In this document: piece after piece, positions 48,063 to 62,639 of the stretch
Position numbering within the stretch: position 1 is the first letter of the stretch
Layout: every line of letters starts with the position of its first letter
Translations under genes and position numbers: made by a program
Assembly: GCF_004010195.1 (NCBI RefSeq)
Contig: NC_057719.1
Span: 71,750,055 to 71,814,054, forward strand
From: Chiloscyllium plagiosum
Taxonomy: Eukaryota
DNA: 64,000 nucleotides
Reading direction: 5' to 3'
Notes under the pieces: generated by a model
The model's database searches: none
Told to the model about the DNA's origin: nothing
What the model saw: the letters and a program-made list of their open reading frames with translations, nothing else

Positions 48063-51000
48063 ATACATATAGAATGATATTATTTTGTTTTCAACAATCT
48101 CAATGTTGGCCATTTTAATGTAGTAGAAGCCTCCTAAACAGGGTCTCCACAAATCTTTTTGTGACCATGAAGGCTGCAGAATAATGGTTTAAATGTATTT
48201 ATTTTATCGATTTTGTTTATTGTCCTGATACTGCTACTTGTTTCTTTAAATTAAGACTCAGAACTCTGGAACCAGCTAATCGTGCATATACCACATAGGA
48301 TGATAATTATTGCTGATATCTAGATTAGAATTGTGCACTTGGGCCATATACAAGTCCCAACATACCTGACTACCTGGGATTTGAAAGTTGAAGTTCTGAT
48401 AGACAGTTAATTGGTATCTAGAACCATCTGAACAATTCTCCAACTCTGAGTTAGAGTCTTTGGAGAGCTTTGATTCACTGATCTGAATGGTTACCCGTGA
48501 AGAGTTAGAGGGATTAAAACCTGCTCTACCCTCTGGGTAAATATGAAACTGAGCAATTCCATGGTTCACCATTGAGAAATAAAGGACCACCACCTTTGAA
48601 GTCCTCCAGATCTGACTCCCCAAACTAATGCAACATCAGTATCTGTTGCTCTACAACATGACTCTCACTCTACTCCCTCAACTACCTGTTGCTCTACTTC
48701 CTGACCCATCAGATACCTACCACACTACCCATCTGCCAACCTTCCAATCTGCAACTCTACCCACCTGACACTCAACCATGTTATAAATGCGTCACCCTAC
48801 TCACTTACCCAAATTGCACCTTACCAACCCACCACACTTCCCAAAACCACTATACCCAGATGCCTACCTCTGCAGATGCCACCCTTACCCATTGTTCACT
48901 TCCCTCATCACCCAAACTCATCTATTTACTTTAGTTGCTCACACTCATTCACTCAGAATCATTGAATAACATTGAATGTGAAATAAAACAAACTAACTTG
49001 TTATTAAATAACAATCATTAGATACTTAAATTTTAGAAGTTGTTACAAGATTAGACACCAACAATAACATTCTATAGATCAAACACCACCTCATGGCATA
49101 TTGTTAGATCCTTTTTACTATGAAAGTCTTTGCCTCCATTAGGTTGGAATGAGATCAGTGAACAGGCAATCTCACTGAGGCAAATCATTACAATACTATG
49201 AAGGTATTTTTCCAAAACCTCATCAAATAGTTCACAATTATTCTACCCCCTAACTTGCCTACACTTCTACCATTTAACCAAATAGATTGCAGGGAACTAA
49301 AATTGATACTTAACTATAAGAGTGACCCTTCTGGTTTTTGAAAAGGAAAATGAATAATACAGCATAATACATTCATTTAACAAAGCCAATGGTTAGTGTT
49401 TTTTAAATGTTATTCAAGCTGAAATTCCTTTGCTCATGTTGGTCAACCCTTTACAAAGTGAAATGATGTAATTTTGTGTTGTCTATTATGCTATTGTTGA
49501 CATTTCAAAGCATTCTGATTGTCATCGACAAGTTGAAATTTATTTAAAATCAAGAATTATATGTGTGAATATTTAGATGCATATAAACACAGTTTAATTA
49601 ATATTAAGTTTTAAAATATAATGTAATAATTAGGAGCTGACACTAGATTACTCACTCATCATCTCAACCCCAATTAATGAAAGTCTTAAAAAAGAGATAG
49701 TGCTTCGAAAATGAAAATAAGTCAGACATTTTCAGTATAAAGAAATTTTTTTCTGTGAAATTCTCTATTCTGTTGCTTGGCCTCTGAAACAGTTCCAAGT
49801 CAATGTTTTTTATGTGTTGTTGATAACTTAAAAAGTAGCCTAACCTTCATATTAGCTCAAATCTGTGGATTTCACACTGGAACCATCTTGAGTCTCAATT
49901 GCCTTCTTAAAAATAGCTATAAATATCTTCATAACTTTCTATAAGCAAGTCAGAGATATTGAACAACACTTGCCAAGCAGTGAGCCAAGACTTGGCGACA
50001 GTCCACTGAATATAAAGAAATCAGCGAATTTGGCCAATTCATACTGATAACATTAGATCATTGAATGCCCCTTGCACAGTGCCATATGAAACTTAACAGT
50101 AGAACAAGAGGTTCCAGTTAAAGAGAATGTGTGTCGATTGTTCACAGAACATTTGGAACTATTTTACAGTATAAAAGAATTCCTAATTATAGCTCTTTTA
50201 TTCTATGTGATCAATGGAAACTAAATCAAGCAGTTTTATGAACATGGTCCTTAAAGCTACTTAACTGGCTACAGAGTAATTTATATCACACATAGTGAGA
50301 GAAATTATTTATGTAACACTGCTAGATTACTTTGATGAGATGCTACCTATGAAGCTTTCTTCAATTATGTCAATGAGCAGTACTACATAACCTGTGAGTT
50401 GGTGGTCCCTTAAAGCTGCCTATCACATGCAAATTGAGTGCCATGTTCATATTGACTGCCAACTCAACTTTAGTCAGTGCAGAAATGCTGCAGAAGTCGT
50501 TTGTTGAACCTATGATCATGACAAACTCGTGCAATAGCTCATGGACCAAATTGTCACTTCATATTCCTGAGAAGGGTCTTAAAGCTTATGTACTTTAAGT
50601 AGAAGAAATCTCATCAAATTTGGTGAACAATGCTGACCTTAATTTTGAAAATGATGATGGAGAAATTTGTTAGCAGCACATTCCCCAAGGAAAAACAGCC
50701 TTGTAGATCACATAATTCTCCTCACTGATATAATTGCAAGAAATCATACAGGTAACAGTTACATGAACACAATCAGGCAAACAGGTTTCTCTTGCTATGT
50801 AAGATCTAAATAATACCGTAGTCATGTAGCCTTACCACCTCCAAATATGTAAACAATGTAAATAAGGAAAAGATTAAAAGAAATCCTTAAAGATAGGAAA
50901 TCTGTTAACTTTGACACTCAATTATTGTTTAGTAATTTTAGTCAACTGACTGATGTATTTTATTTAAGTACTTTGAATTTATGTATTTAGTTGGGAAATG

Positions 51001-52779
51001 CAAATTGTGCTGACGCAAAATACCACATAAAAATCATTGCACAAAATGATGCTGCCACTCCACAGTGAATCATAATGGGGTATCAGCCACAAAAAATAGT
51101 TTTTTTAAGGAATTGAATATTGCAGCATTTTTTTTTCTGATTAGTCATTTTGCTTACCTTTGTAGTTCCTTTCTTATTGCAAGTGGATTTTTTTTCTCCT
51201 GTTAGAAATTTTCAATGCTCTAAAGATCTCTTGCAGCTTCTTGTCTTGTTTTTGTTGCATCAGAATGTTAAATAACATTCAAATCTAGGGACATTATTCC
51301 CCATCTTTGGATTAAGAAAATAAGATAAAAATGTCTCCGAATTATTGTTACACCCTCATTGCCATATTGTTAAGATAAGTTTAAGAACAGAAAAAAATGT
51401 AATTATTGTTTATCAATCTATAACCTCTAAGAATTGTGCAAGTCAGAAAATGTTAGGATTTTTAAGGTGGAACAGGATAATACTGAAGACTCTGTGTATC
51501 TCATAGAGGGTGTCATGTTCTCTATATGCAACCATCAATTTTTGAGCTTGAAGATCCTCACGCTGCATGGACAATGGGGCTGCACTTTAAATTATCAGCT
51601 CCACAATATGGAATAGCAAGTACAAGCCAGCAATCGGTCACAATAGAACTGTAGAGTAAAGGAGGAGTAATCTGAATCCCTCACAGTCCACCTGCTCCAC
51701 TGAATGGGCAACAGGAAAATCTTTGCCTCCAATTTTCAGCCTGAAGTACGTGCAGATAACCAGCATAGACTGGGGCTGGGGGGTTGGGGGAGTGGGGGGG
51801 AGGGGCTGATGCTTGGATGACCACTTGTATTTACCGGTTCAGTTGAAGTTGGTGTCCTGCCTTAGTTGGAGTTACTTCCAGAGAACATGAAGTTGAATCC
51901 AGAATCACTTGGCTAAAAAAAGGATTACCTGGTAATTGGGATAATGAGTTTATAAGTTTGTTATCTTTTGGGACTGCCTGCTTAATTTCAGAGAAAGCAG
52001 AATGGTAAAGGAGCCATGTGACCAGTACCCAAGCCTGATTTGTGACAAACTTAAGTGGCTTGGTTGCTATGGACATTGAAATCCATAATGATTTATTAGC
52101 AAGAAAGTGCAAATTGTTCATGTTGTACATGGGTTAGAGAGAGATTGAAAGGTTTGACACTGAGGAATGCCATATGCACCAACTATGAGGATGTTATACA
52201 TTTTGTGGGCAATATATCTTAGAGTTCAAGGGGGAGAAACTAATATCTGGCTCTCCTTAAAAGTTCTGCATCAATGTCCACCTTAGAAACTCAGCCTGTA
52301 ATTAGTTACTAATATATAAAAATCTATTTCTTGTTAACTACAAGAGACTCTTCTAGTTTAACCAGCCATGAACTATAACTCATACACCATTATGAGTTGC
52401 AGTTCATTCATAGAACTAGGTTTTTATAGGAATATAGTTATATTCCTATACAACAGTCCACACTTGTCAATGGCACTTGCCATTGTCCACAAGGTAATTA
52501 CTTTGGGTAGACTTTTAGCCTAAAGATGGCTATATAATCTCTCTTCAATGAAGGAGATGGTGGTTGCCATAATTGGAGTTACCCGCATTGAGTGTGTAGC
52601 CAACAACTGAGATGAGACCATAGAAGCAGTATATTTGTGTCTAATCCACCTTTCCATATCCATACCACCACTCCCCGTCCGATCTCCATAACCTCTTCTG
52701 AGTGACCAAAACTGCTGCTTGGCCAGGTAGAGACACAGGAACATAAAGTGTAAGCATCAACTTCATTCTATTTTTTGAG

Positions 52780-52990
52780 ACTTGGTACAGGTTGTTACAG
52801 ATTTATGTCTTCTGAGGATAGTTAAGCATCAACCACGATGCTGTGGGTGTGAGTCTCACAAAGGCAGAATTTCTTTCGTAAAGGATACTGGTGAACCAGA
52901 TTGAATTGTCTGACTATCAACAGTGGTTTTATGGTCATCATTAGTGTTAATTCCAGACGATTTCATTCAATTCAAATTCTACCATCTGCA
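52780..52990 (-). mobile_element. tRNA-derived SINE fragment (family of 18661-19020)
   Basis: Reverse of atctggttcac, atgatgacca and cagatggtagaatttgaatt. Confidence 0.7.
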
Positions 52991-53389
52991 GCAAAAGACA
53001 TTGGACTGAGATGGTGATCGATTTTCTGCCTTTTATTTTTATTAGGTTGTTGTCTTGACAGGCCGAGCTCCTTGTTTCTATTTGACTCTTCCAATGTTCT
53101 TCCAGTTGGTCTCCAGAGGTCACAACTGACCATGATTACCTCTCAGTTGTCAGTGCCATGCTCAGACATTTTCATGTCTCACTTACAGGTATTCTAATAG
53201 CAGAATTATGGATGTCCAACAGGTCACAACTTAGAGGTTACCTCATCATAAAGAAATGTCTGTGCCAATGCAGGGATGATTGGATTACAATTCATTGTAT
53301 GTTGATGGTATTCACAATGACAACAGGATATCTGGCAATCTTTCTGCAACATCATCGATACCTGAGAATTTTTTGTATCAGTCAGTATC

Positions 53390-54058
53390 AGGAAGTAAAC
53401 TCTCTTCTGGTTAGAGTTATACCAGCGCACAAAGGAAGATGGTTGTGGTCGTTGGAGGTCAGTCATCTATTTCCAAGGCATCTCTGCAGGAGTTCTTCAG
53501 GAGAGGGTCCCAGGCCCAACCATCTTCAGCTGCTTCATCAATGACATTCCCTCCATCATAAAGTCAGGAATTGAGATATTCACTGTTGTTTGCAATGTTC
53601 AGAACCATCTGTGACTCTTCAGATGTTGATGCAGTCCATGTTTAAATGCAGGAAGGCCCGGAAAATAAATATTCAGACTTTTCCTGAAAAGTGGCAAGTA
53701 ACATTCATGCCACACAAACACCAGGCAATGATCATCTGCAATAATTGACAATTTAATCAACACCCTTTGACATCCAAAAACATTACCATCATCGAATCCC
53801 TCACGATCAGTGTCCTGGGAGTTACCATATAAACACAGTGGTTATAAGAACAAGTCTGAGGCTAGAAAAACTGCAGTCAGTAACTCATCTCCCAACTCCC
53901 CAGTTCCTGTCCACCATCTACAAGATACAAGTCAGGATTGTGATAAAATACTCCTTGGATGAATGCGGCTAGAAGCTTGGCATCCAGGACAAAGAAACCC
54001 ACTTGATTAGCACCACATCCATAAACATCCAGTCTCTCTACAATTGACACTTAGTGGA
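53390..54058 (+). mobile_element. RT fragment of the CR1/L2-group LINE family of 12150-14410
   Basis: Collinear with 13365-14060 (ttcatcaatgac..ccatcataa.gtcag, aagtggcaagtaacattcatgccacacaa, catccaggacaaag). Confidence 0.8.
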
Positions 54059-54059
54059 G

Positions 54060-54640
54060 CAGCCTGGCACAGAACAAAAACATCGTGATTGCTGCCAGGC
54101 ATTAGGTCATTCATTTGCCTGATCGACAGAGTATGGTTCCACACCAAGTTCGTATTCAGAGCTGAAATCCTTTAGTGTTGTGATACATCTTAGCATTTTG
54201 GAGTGCCTAGAAAGCCACATATGTTCAGTCAGTGGTGCCCTGCAACAGAAGGAAGCATGATGTATTGGAAAAACAAGACACACACTCTGCTTTTTTCCCT
54301 GTGTTCACAGTAAAGATGCTGAACTCCGCCCTCCTGACAAAGATGCAGATATTGGCAGTGAACATGTGTCCTGATCAAGCCTGGATGGATCCTGACTAAA
54401 AGAAATTCCTGCCCACTGTCACCTTCATAGCCGCTGGCAGCCCTGTCCTTGCCCTGCTCTGAGGTTGCTGGTCTCCTTCTAACAAATGGCAAATTTCCAT
54501 GAGTGTGTCTTTCATATGGATACACACACTGGTCCTGCCTTAGATGATGGGTACCAAAATGTTGCTGTATAATCCTGTGTGAATAAGATCTTTGACTTAG
54601 AGCTTCCCTCCACTCCAATTCTCTCTCTCTTTCTGAGTCA
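54060..54640 (-). mobile_element. PIF/Harbinger transposase relic (second copy)
   Basis: Minus translation EICHLLEGDQQPQSRARTGLPAAMKVTVGRNFF*SGSIQA, then LQGTTD*TYVAF..MYHNTKGF..LVWNH..MPGSNHDVFVL; contains the first two catalytic D motifs (G.ID, PGS.HD). Confidence 0.82.
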
Positions 54641-55690
54641 TTTGCCCTCTGCTGCCTATGCTCAATCTCTCACTCATAACTGCAAAATAAGGGATGGTAA
54701 TAAAGTACCTATGACTGGAAGCAAATGCCATAATGTCATTGAGTGATCATTCTGCAGAGAGAGTACCAAAGACACCATAGCCTCAAAAATTCAAGAACTG
54801 CAGCTAAATTGTGCAGCCATAACTTTGAAGGGAAAGTGGCTGTGAAACCAGCTGCTGCCTTATTAAGCAATAAAAGCTCTAATCACAGCCACTGAATGAC
54901 TTCCAGCATCTTGCATGCAGTAAGTCAGCATGATTACTCACCACCCCTGTGATCCCATACCTTCCAGGCATGATTTATCTTCATTTGCTCTATGTTATTT
55001 TGCCATTGGGTTTATTTTAAATTACGATTAACAAAAAAACTCTCCAAATTATGAATGAATTAAAAAGCTGTTAGAAATGCAGAGCTGATCAGCATATTCC
55101 ACTTGTAATCAGACTGAAGAGCTACCCAGAACCTTCTAGGGTCACAATTTAAAACTTGCAACCCACCATTTCCTTGTTGCAAGAGCTCTGATTACTGTCT
55201 GAGAGACAGACCTCTCAGCATAGAAAATAAATGCCTCAGCTCATTAATATTTTTCATGGATAAACATGAATCCAATTAGAAACTATGCTTTGGGTCTGAT
55301 TTAAAAATAAAAAAGATTTTTGACATTAGTTAGTGATTGGGTTACATCTCTAAAGAATATTTTTAAAAAATACAACATGTTAATATTTCATCAGAAAGGA
55401 AGTCATTCATATAATTGCTAATAAATGTTAAAATTTCCAATCTGACCATCAAACTTTTAAAATTGGGAAAATTTTAAAATCGGAAAAAGATGACAAGTTA
55501 AAAAAGAATGAGGGAGAGACTGGACAGAAAGCTAGCAAGAAATACAAAAATTAGCAGTAAAAGCTTCTGCAAGGCATATAATAAGGAAAAGAGTAACAAA
55601 AATGAACTTTGGTCTCAGAGCATGAAACTAGGCAATTATTAATGGAAAACAAAGAAATGGTAGAGAATATAAAAACATATTTTGTATCTT

Positions 55691-57370
55691 AGAGCCATAG
55701 AGATGTACAGCATGGAAACAAACCCTTCAGTCCAATTAGTCCATGCCGACCAGATATCATAACTTAAACTAGTCCTATTTGCCAGCACTTGGCCCATATC
55801 CCTCCAAACCCTTCCTATTCATATACCATCCAGATGTCATTTAAATGCTGTAATTGTACCAGTCTCCACCACTTCCTCTGGCAGCTCATTCCATACATGT
55901 ACCACCCTCTGTTTGAAAAGGCTGCACGTTAGGTCCCTTTTATATCTTTCCCCTCTCACACTGAGCCTATGCCCTCTAGTTCTGGACTCCCCCACCCCAG
56001 GGAAAAGACTTTGTCTATTTATCCTATCCATGTCCCTCATGATTTTATAAACAACTATAAGGTCACTTCTCAGCCTCCAACACTCCAAGGAAAACAGCAC
56101 CAGCCTATTCAGCCTCTCCCTATAGCTCAAATTCTCCATCCATGGCAACATCCTTGGAAATCTTTTATGACCCCTTTCAAGTTGCACAACATCCTTCCGA
56201 TATGAAGGAGACCAGAATTGCATGCAATATTCCAAAAGTGACCTAACCAATGTCCTGTACAGTGCAACATAACCTCCCAACCCCTATACTCAATGTTCTA
56301 ACCAATAGAGGAAAGCATACCAAACGCCTTCTTCACTATCCTATCTACCTGTGACTCTACTTTCAAGGAACTATGAACCTGCACTCCAAGGTCTCTTCGT
56401 TCAGCAACACTCCCCAGGAACCTAGCATTAAGTGCATAAGTCCTGCTGAGATTTGCTATTCAAAAATGTAGCACCTCACAATTATCTAAGTTAAACTGCA
56501 TCTGCCACTGCTCAGTCCATTAGCCCATCTGATCAAAATCCCATTGTACTCTGAGAAACCTTCTTCATTTTCCACTACACCTCCAATTTTGGTGTCATCT
56601 GCAAGTTTACTAACTATATCTCCTATGTTCACATCCAAATCATTTATATAAATGACAAAAAGCAGTGGACCCAGCATCAATCCATGAGGCACTCCAGAGG
56701 TCCCAGGCCTCCAGTCTGAAAAGCAACACTTCACGACCATCTTCTACCTTCAAGCCAGTTCTGTATACAAATGGCTAGTTCGCTTTGCATTCTATGAGAT
56801 CTAACCTTGCTAACCAGTCTCTCATGAGGAATCTTTTTGAACACCTTACTGAAGTCCATATAGATCACATCCACCACTCTGCCCTCATCAACCTCTTTGT
56901 TACTTCTTCAAAAAACTCAATAAAGTTTGTGAGACATGATTTTCCATGCACAAAGCCATGTTGACTATCCCTAATCTGTCCTTGCCTTTCCAAATACATG
57001 TAAATCCTGTCCCTTAGGATTCCCTCCAACAACTTGCTCACCATTGACATTAGGCTCACTGGTCTATAGTTCCCTGGCTTGTCCTTACCACCTTTTTTTA
57101 TCAGAGGCACCACGTTAGCCAACCTCCAGTCTTCCAGCACCTCACCTCACTTCACCCACCCAAGCAAGGGGCCCAGCAATCACTTCCCTGGCTTCCCACA
57201 GAGTTCTAGGGTCCACCTGATCAGGTCCTGGGGATTTATCCACTTTTATGCCTTTCAAGACATCCAGCACCACCACCTCTGTAATATAGACATTTTTCAA
57301 GATGTCACCATCTATTTTCCCACATTCTATATCTTCCATGTCCTTCTCCTCAGTAGACACGGTTACAAAA
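55691..57370 (-). mobile_element. CR1 LINE (HER1-like) inserted in an older plus-strand CR1 fragment (about 55430-57540)
   Basis: ORFs 57142, 56865, 56486 and 55837(-): DKSPGPD, NYRPVSL, SQHGF, KLADDTK, LEYCMQFWSP. Confidence 0.95.
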
Positions 57371-57842
57371 TCTTACTTCAAAGTAGAGATACAAAATGAA
57401 TCCAAAGAATTGTAGAAAATCAAAGGATACAAAGCATAAAACATACAAAGATAAATAGAGAAGAATTACTCTGAAAACTAATAAGACTAAAGTCTGAGAA
57501 GTCTTCTGGAACTGATGGCCATCCTAATATCTTAAGACAGCACATGAAGAACATCAGAAATAAGAATGAAAGTAGGCCATTCAGCCTTTAAGCCCATTCC
57601 ATGACCACTTTCTGCAGCTCTCCATTTCTGTTGACTTCCTTGTCCATCAAAAGTCTGTCTAACTCAGCTCTAAATATATTGAAGAGCCCACTGCTCTCTC
57701 AGGAAGAGAATTCAAAAGACCAATAACTCCCTGGGAGAAGGGTTTTGTTCCCCTAATCTCTGCCTTAAGTGGAAAACCCCTTGTCTTTGGAAATCTCATC
57801 ATAACACATTATACCTGCTATGACTCTGAGGAGCAAGATAAA

Positions 57843-57980
57843 TTCTGTACTGAAGACAGAACTGGACTCCAAACATTAACCATATTTCTCTCTCTACAGA
57901 TGCTGCCAGACGGTTGTATTTCTCAATGATTCTCTGTGTTTGTTTCAGATTTCCAGCATCAGAATGTTCTTCGTTTATTC
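57843..57980 (+). mobile_element. Short PLE-derived element, family B, degenerate
   Basis: ggactccaaacattaac..tctctctctacagatgctgccagac..tttcagatttccagcatc matches 3608-3718. Confidence 0.6.
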
Positions 57981-60389
57981 AAGATTCCGTGGCCTGCATG
58001 GTCTACTCCTGTTTCTAATGGTTTGATAATCTTATTATTATGAGCTCAATTCTAAATCTATAACCATCTAATAGAAAATGTAATGCAGCTGAATGATTTG
58101 TAACTCTTTTTTGTGCAATGATCATAAGTTGTGACCGTAATTTTAACATAAAATAGTCTTTACTAAAATCAAAGTCAGGAATAGAAAGTTGTGTTTCAAC
58201 CTCAATATGGTTTTGCTTCTTCCTAAATCTGTTCTTTTCTCCAACCCTCAAATTCTCATTCTTCCTGCGTACATGTCCCACTATTGCCACCAACATCACT
58301 TCACCCCACTATTTGCTGTACTTGTCTTTGAACTCCTAGAGCTTGTTATCTGGAATGATCAAGTTTAACTCCTCTGCTCCTTTAATATCCCTTTCATATC
58401 CCATCTCTTCAACATTGTTTTCCTTTGCCCTTCTTTCTTTTTGGTTCCATGTTTTATTTTATGCACACCCATTAGGGCATTGGGATATTTTTGCATTGAA
58501 GTTACAAATGCAAGTTATTGTTACCATGGTTTCTGTTATGATCTCTGTAGACACTGAGAGTTTAAAACAGAAATTCAGACTTTCATTATAATAAGCCAAA
58601 AGGACAGCAAAAAAATTCCCATTTTAAAACCTTTACTCTAACAAATAATAAGAAACACTAATGACTAAATACTATTTTCTTTGGAGGAAATTTATACCCA
58701 AAAGTTCAGAAATTAAATCCCATATTGAACTCTTAGCATGACCAAACATCTCTCAGTTGAGTTTTCTTTTACACTGTCCCTTAAGTGGACATTTCAATCT
58801 CCAGGAGTCAGTCTAAAAAATTCTTAGCTCTCTCCCCCAATGTCTTGCCTCCTTTTAACTTGTCCAGTAATTTCTTATGCTGGAACTGATCTTCGCTGTG
58901 CAGGTTGTACTGCATGTAATTTCCCTTGAATTCAATCCCAGTGCAACATGCAACTTCCTTTAAATCCCCACAAAATCGATGTCTCCACTATGAGCACAAT
59001 TTCCCACCCTTTCCTGTGTGGTGAACATGAATAATTCAGTATCTAATCTCTGCAGGTACATGATCAACTAGCTGTATCACCTGCTGTTTCCCTTGCAAAT
59101 GACTGCAGACCACCTCAAAATCTATGTCAAAGATTTTATAGGGAAGCCTGTAACCTGATCTCAGGAAAAGCTTCCACTGTCCTTTGCCACACAACAATAA
59201 AACACATTAGCTTTGCATCTAGGTGGCACTGTTAATTAGCTATCTTTGACTCCAATTTCCATTTATCGTAGAAGTAATAGTTTCCAGCACCATTGCTTGC
59301 AATCCAAAATCTATGATACCCTTCAGGGACTTCAGAAGACTCAAAGTCTGCCCATGATATATTCATATTCTGTTAACATTGTCTCTAAATGTGCATATCT
59401 TGCATTTTCTCAGTAAATCAATCAAAATCTTCCTTTGATCTTGAACAATCAAGTCTCCAGGCCTACTGTCAGGCAAATGTCAGATCAGGACTCTTTAATT
59501 TACCTTCACTTAAAAACTGCAGTCAAATAGCATAATAATTTTATTAAGCTCATTATTACAATAATGGCAGTGAAGATGGTAATATGGTCCTAGGTCTAAA
59601 ATTAACAAATGAATCCTAATTAAGATGCAAGGTACAATTGAACCAGGGAAAGATGACAATAATATGATATTTACTTAAGCATTATGATTAGCATTAGCAT
59701 TAGCATACCAATAGGAGCAACCACACACACATCTTTCACTTCAGCCAGAATACGATATTTGGCAGTGGGAGTTGAAAATGCAGTTTTCCCAAAATATTTT
59801 TAAAATTCCTTTACAAGTCACATATCTAAAGTATTGTGAGTAAAATCATGAAGGCATATATGAGCAGCTTTTTTTTCCCTTCGATGAGTTGCCTGTGCTC
59901 AGTCTTGTCTATGTCCGACCTAAAATCAGATTTTATTGTGGATATTGCATATTTGAACGGTACTCCTATTCCGTGATACCATGTGGAAAGGCATAAAAAA
60001 AGCTGCATTGCCATTGCATTAATGTTTTTTGTATAAACTTCTGGCTACAAACAAAACAGGTGAACCTTAATCATTTCAACTTCAATACCGTGTCAACAGA
60101 ATACAATTGTTCTGTGACCTTTGTATCAGAACTACATTTAGTAAGTTTAAAACCATTCCAAAACTTCTGTTTGAGGAGGGTAATCTTATTTCCATGATGG
60201 TAGGATTTGCCAACAGGTAAAAGAATATTTTGGTCTACTAAAGTGGAGCAATTCAAAACTGGACATCGATAAGGCACTGTGGGCCAATAGCAGCAGAATT
60301 CAATTCTATTCAACTACAATCCATGACTTCAAGTTCCAATATATCCCCTACTCTCCCATTACCATTTTCAAACTAGGATATCAATATAG

Positions 60390-62230
60390 ACTCAATGAAG
60401 AGTTCAAACGTGCATGTCAGGAACAGCAAGCTTATCTAAAAGTCCTTCACTTGGTGAGCTACAGCAGTGAACTACTTAATGGTCAAACAGCAACAGCAGC
60501 AGCAAGTGAAAGACAGAGCTAGGTTTACCCACAACTAAGGAATCAGATCTAAGCCCTGAGTCCTGTGACATCAAGTCAAGAATGGTGGTGGATAATTAAA
60601 TAATTAACATGAGGAGGAGTCTCCACAAATATTGCCATTCTCAATGAAGGGAGATCCCAGAACATCAATGTAAAAATCCATGCTGATGCCTCTGTAGCCA
60701 GAAGTGCTGAGCAGATGATCCATCTTGGCCATCTGCTGAGGTCCCCAGATGTTAGCCCTTAGCCAATTCGATTCAATGTGTTCCAGGTATCAAGAAACAA
60801 GTGAAAGGACTTGATGCTGTAAAGGTCCTGACAACATCTAGGCAATAGTACTGAAGGCTTATGCTCCAGTACTTGCCACTCGCCTAGCCAAGCTGTTCCA
60901 GTTCAGTTACATCACTGGTATCAATGCCACAATTTGGATAATTGTCCAGATATATCCTGTACATAAAGAGCAGGACAAATCTAACCTGGTCAATTATTGC
61001 TATTTAATGTTAGCATTATCATTTAATTATTAGCAAAATGATGGAAATGGTTGTCCACAATGCCATCAAGAAATACTTACTCAGCAATTAATTGCTCACT
61101 TATGCTCAGTTCAGGTTCCACTAGGACCATTCAGCTCCTGACCTCATTACAGACTTGATGTGGACAAAAGAGCTGAATTCCAGAGCTAGGACGAGAGTAA
61201 CAGACTTGGGTGTCATGGCTGCATTTGACCAAGTGAGGCATAAAGGAGCCCTAGCAAACCTGGAATCAATGAGAATTGGGACAAACTCTCTGCTGGTTGG
61301 AGTCATACCTGACATATAGGAAGATGGTTGTATTTATAGGAGGTCAGTCATGTCAGCTCCAGGACAATTCTGTAGGAGTTCCTCAGGTTCCAACTATTTA
61401 CCTTAGTCCAACCATCTTTAACTGTCTTATCAATAACCTTCTCTGTACTATAAATTCAGACAGGGATATTCACCAATGATTGCACAAAACTCAGTAGCAG
61501 CAATGTGTAATTTCTACATGATTCACTGCTTTAGATTGTACCTCCCAAACCCATGATTGCTACGATTTGGAAGGGCAAGGACAGCAGATGTTTGGGAACG
61601 CCACCACCTGCAAGTTCCTGTCCAAGCCACTCATCATCTTGACTTGGAAATATATTGTGTTCCTTCACATTTGCTGGTCAAACTCCTGGAACTCTTTCCC
61701 TTACAGCATTGCAGTGTAACTATATGAAATGGACTTCAGTGGTTTAAGAAGACACCTCATCAATACCTTCTCAAGGAATGGGCATTAAATCCTGGCCACA
61801 CAATGAGGCCCCCCATGTCCCATGAATGAATAAAACAAAATCCGGGACAAAGCAATCTGTCACAATATTATCTCCATTCCATGTTCACCCACTTCATCCA
61901 TGTTGCAAAGTGGCATCAGTACATACCAACTGCAAGATGCATGGCAACAACTCAGAAAGGGACCTCTGAAACCGTCTTTGCCACCACTTGTAAGTTCTCC
62001 TTCAAGTCACTCACCATCCTGACTTGGAAATGTATCATCATTCCTTCACACTATTGTTAGTTTAAAAATTCTTGAACTCTCCACCTAACAGGACTGGTTG
62101 GAGGGGTGGGGGACCGTGCATCATGAGGTCTGCAAGGGTTCCAAAAGGCAGCACCTTTACTGGAGAAATTAGGAAGTAGCAACAAATAACAAACATAGCC
62201 TGCAACTCCCACATCCCATGAACGAATGAC
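60390..62230 (+). mobile_element. CR1/L2-group LINE of the 12150-14410 family (RT and two tandem 3' ends)
   Basis: ORF 61276 LCWLESYL..SVGVPQ..FNCLINNL; 3' segment caccacc.g.aagttc..gacttggaaat occurs twice (about 61600 and 61981), each followed by a ccca..atgaa tail. Confidence 0.8.
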
Positions 62231-62639
62231 TGAATTAATTAATAACATAGTGACAGATGTGCCCAACTCACATCCCATGGATTAGTTCAGCACCACCCTG
62301 ATGTCAGAAATTACTGAGAGAGAAGTCTCATTAACACTTAGACCTTCCTCCAGAGGGATTTCATTTTTCACTTCTTAACTTCTTCCAACATCTCTCTGAA
62401 TTGGAGTGTCTGAAGACTTGCTCACCTCCCGGTGTATCTAACCTTCCAAATAGTGTTCTGACACTGACTCCTTGACTAATGTCCCACTCCGACTCTGCTC
62501 CCCCGAAGCTTCGACGAGACCTATTTAGATGGAGCCTGCAAACAGCATCAATTCACTCTCTGGAGTCTCTTTCTGACTTCTTCTGTCAGTGATCATCTCT
62601 CAGTGATCTCTGGTGTTCCATGAGATTACTCCTCCCCTC

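Noticed and set aside
48620..48960. C/A-rich stretch with Pro/Thr/His-rich ORFs
   Set aside because: Low-complexity strand-biased sequence with no stable period or coding signal.
51771..51805. G-quadruplex-like G-run cluster
   Set aside because: The motif is real but isolated and low-complexity, with no functional context.
58740..59300. Possible LTR-retrotransposon integrase relic on the minus strand
   Set aside because: Only vague H..H/C..C spacing could be read; not enough to call.
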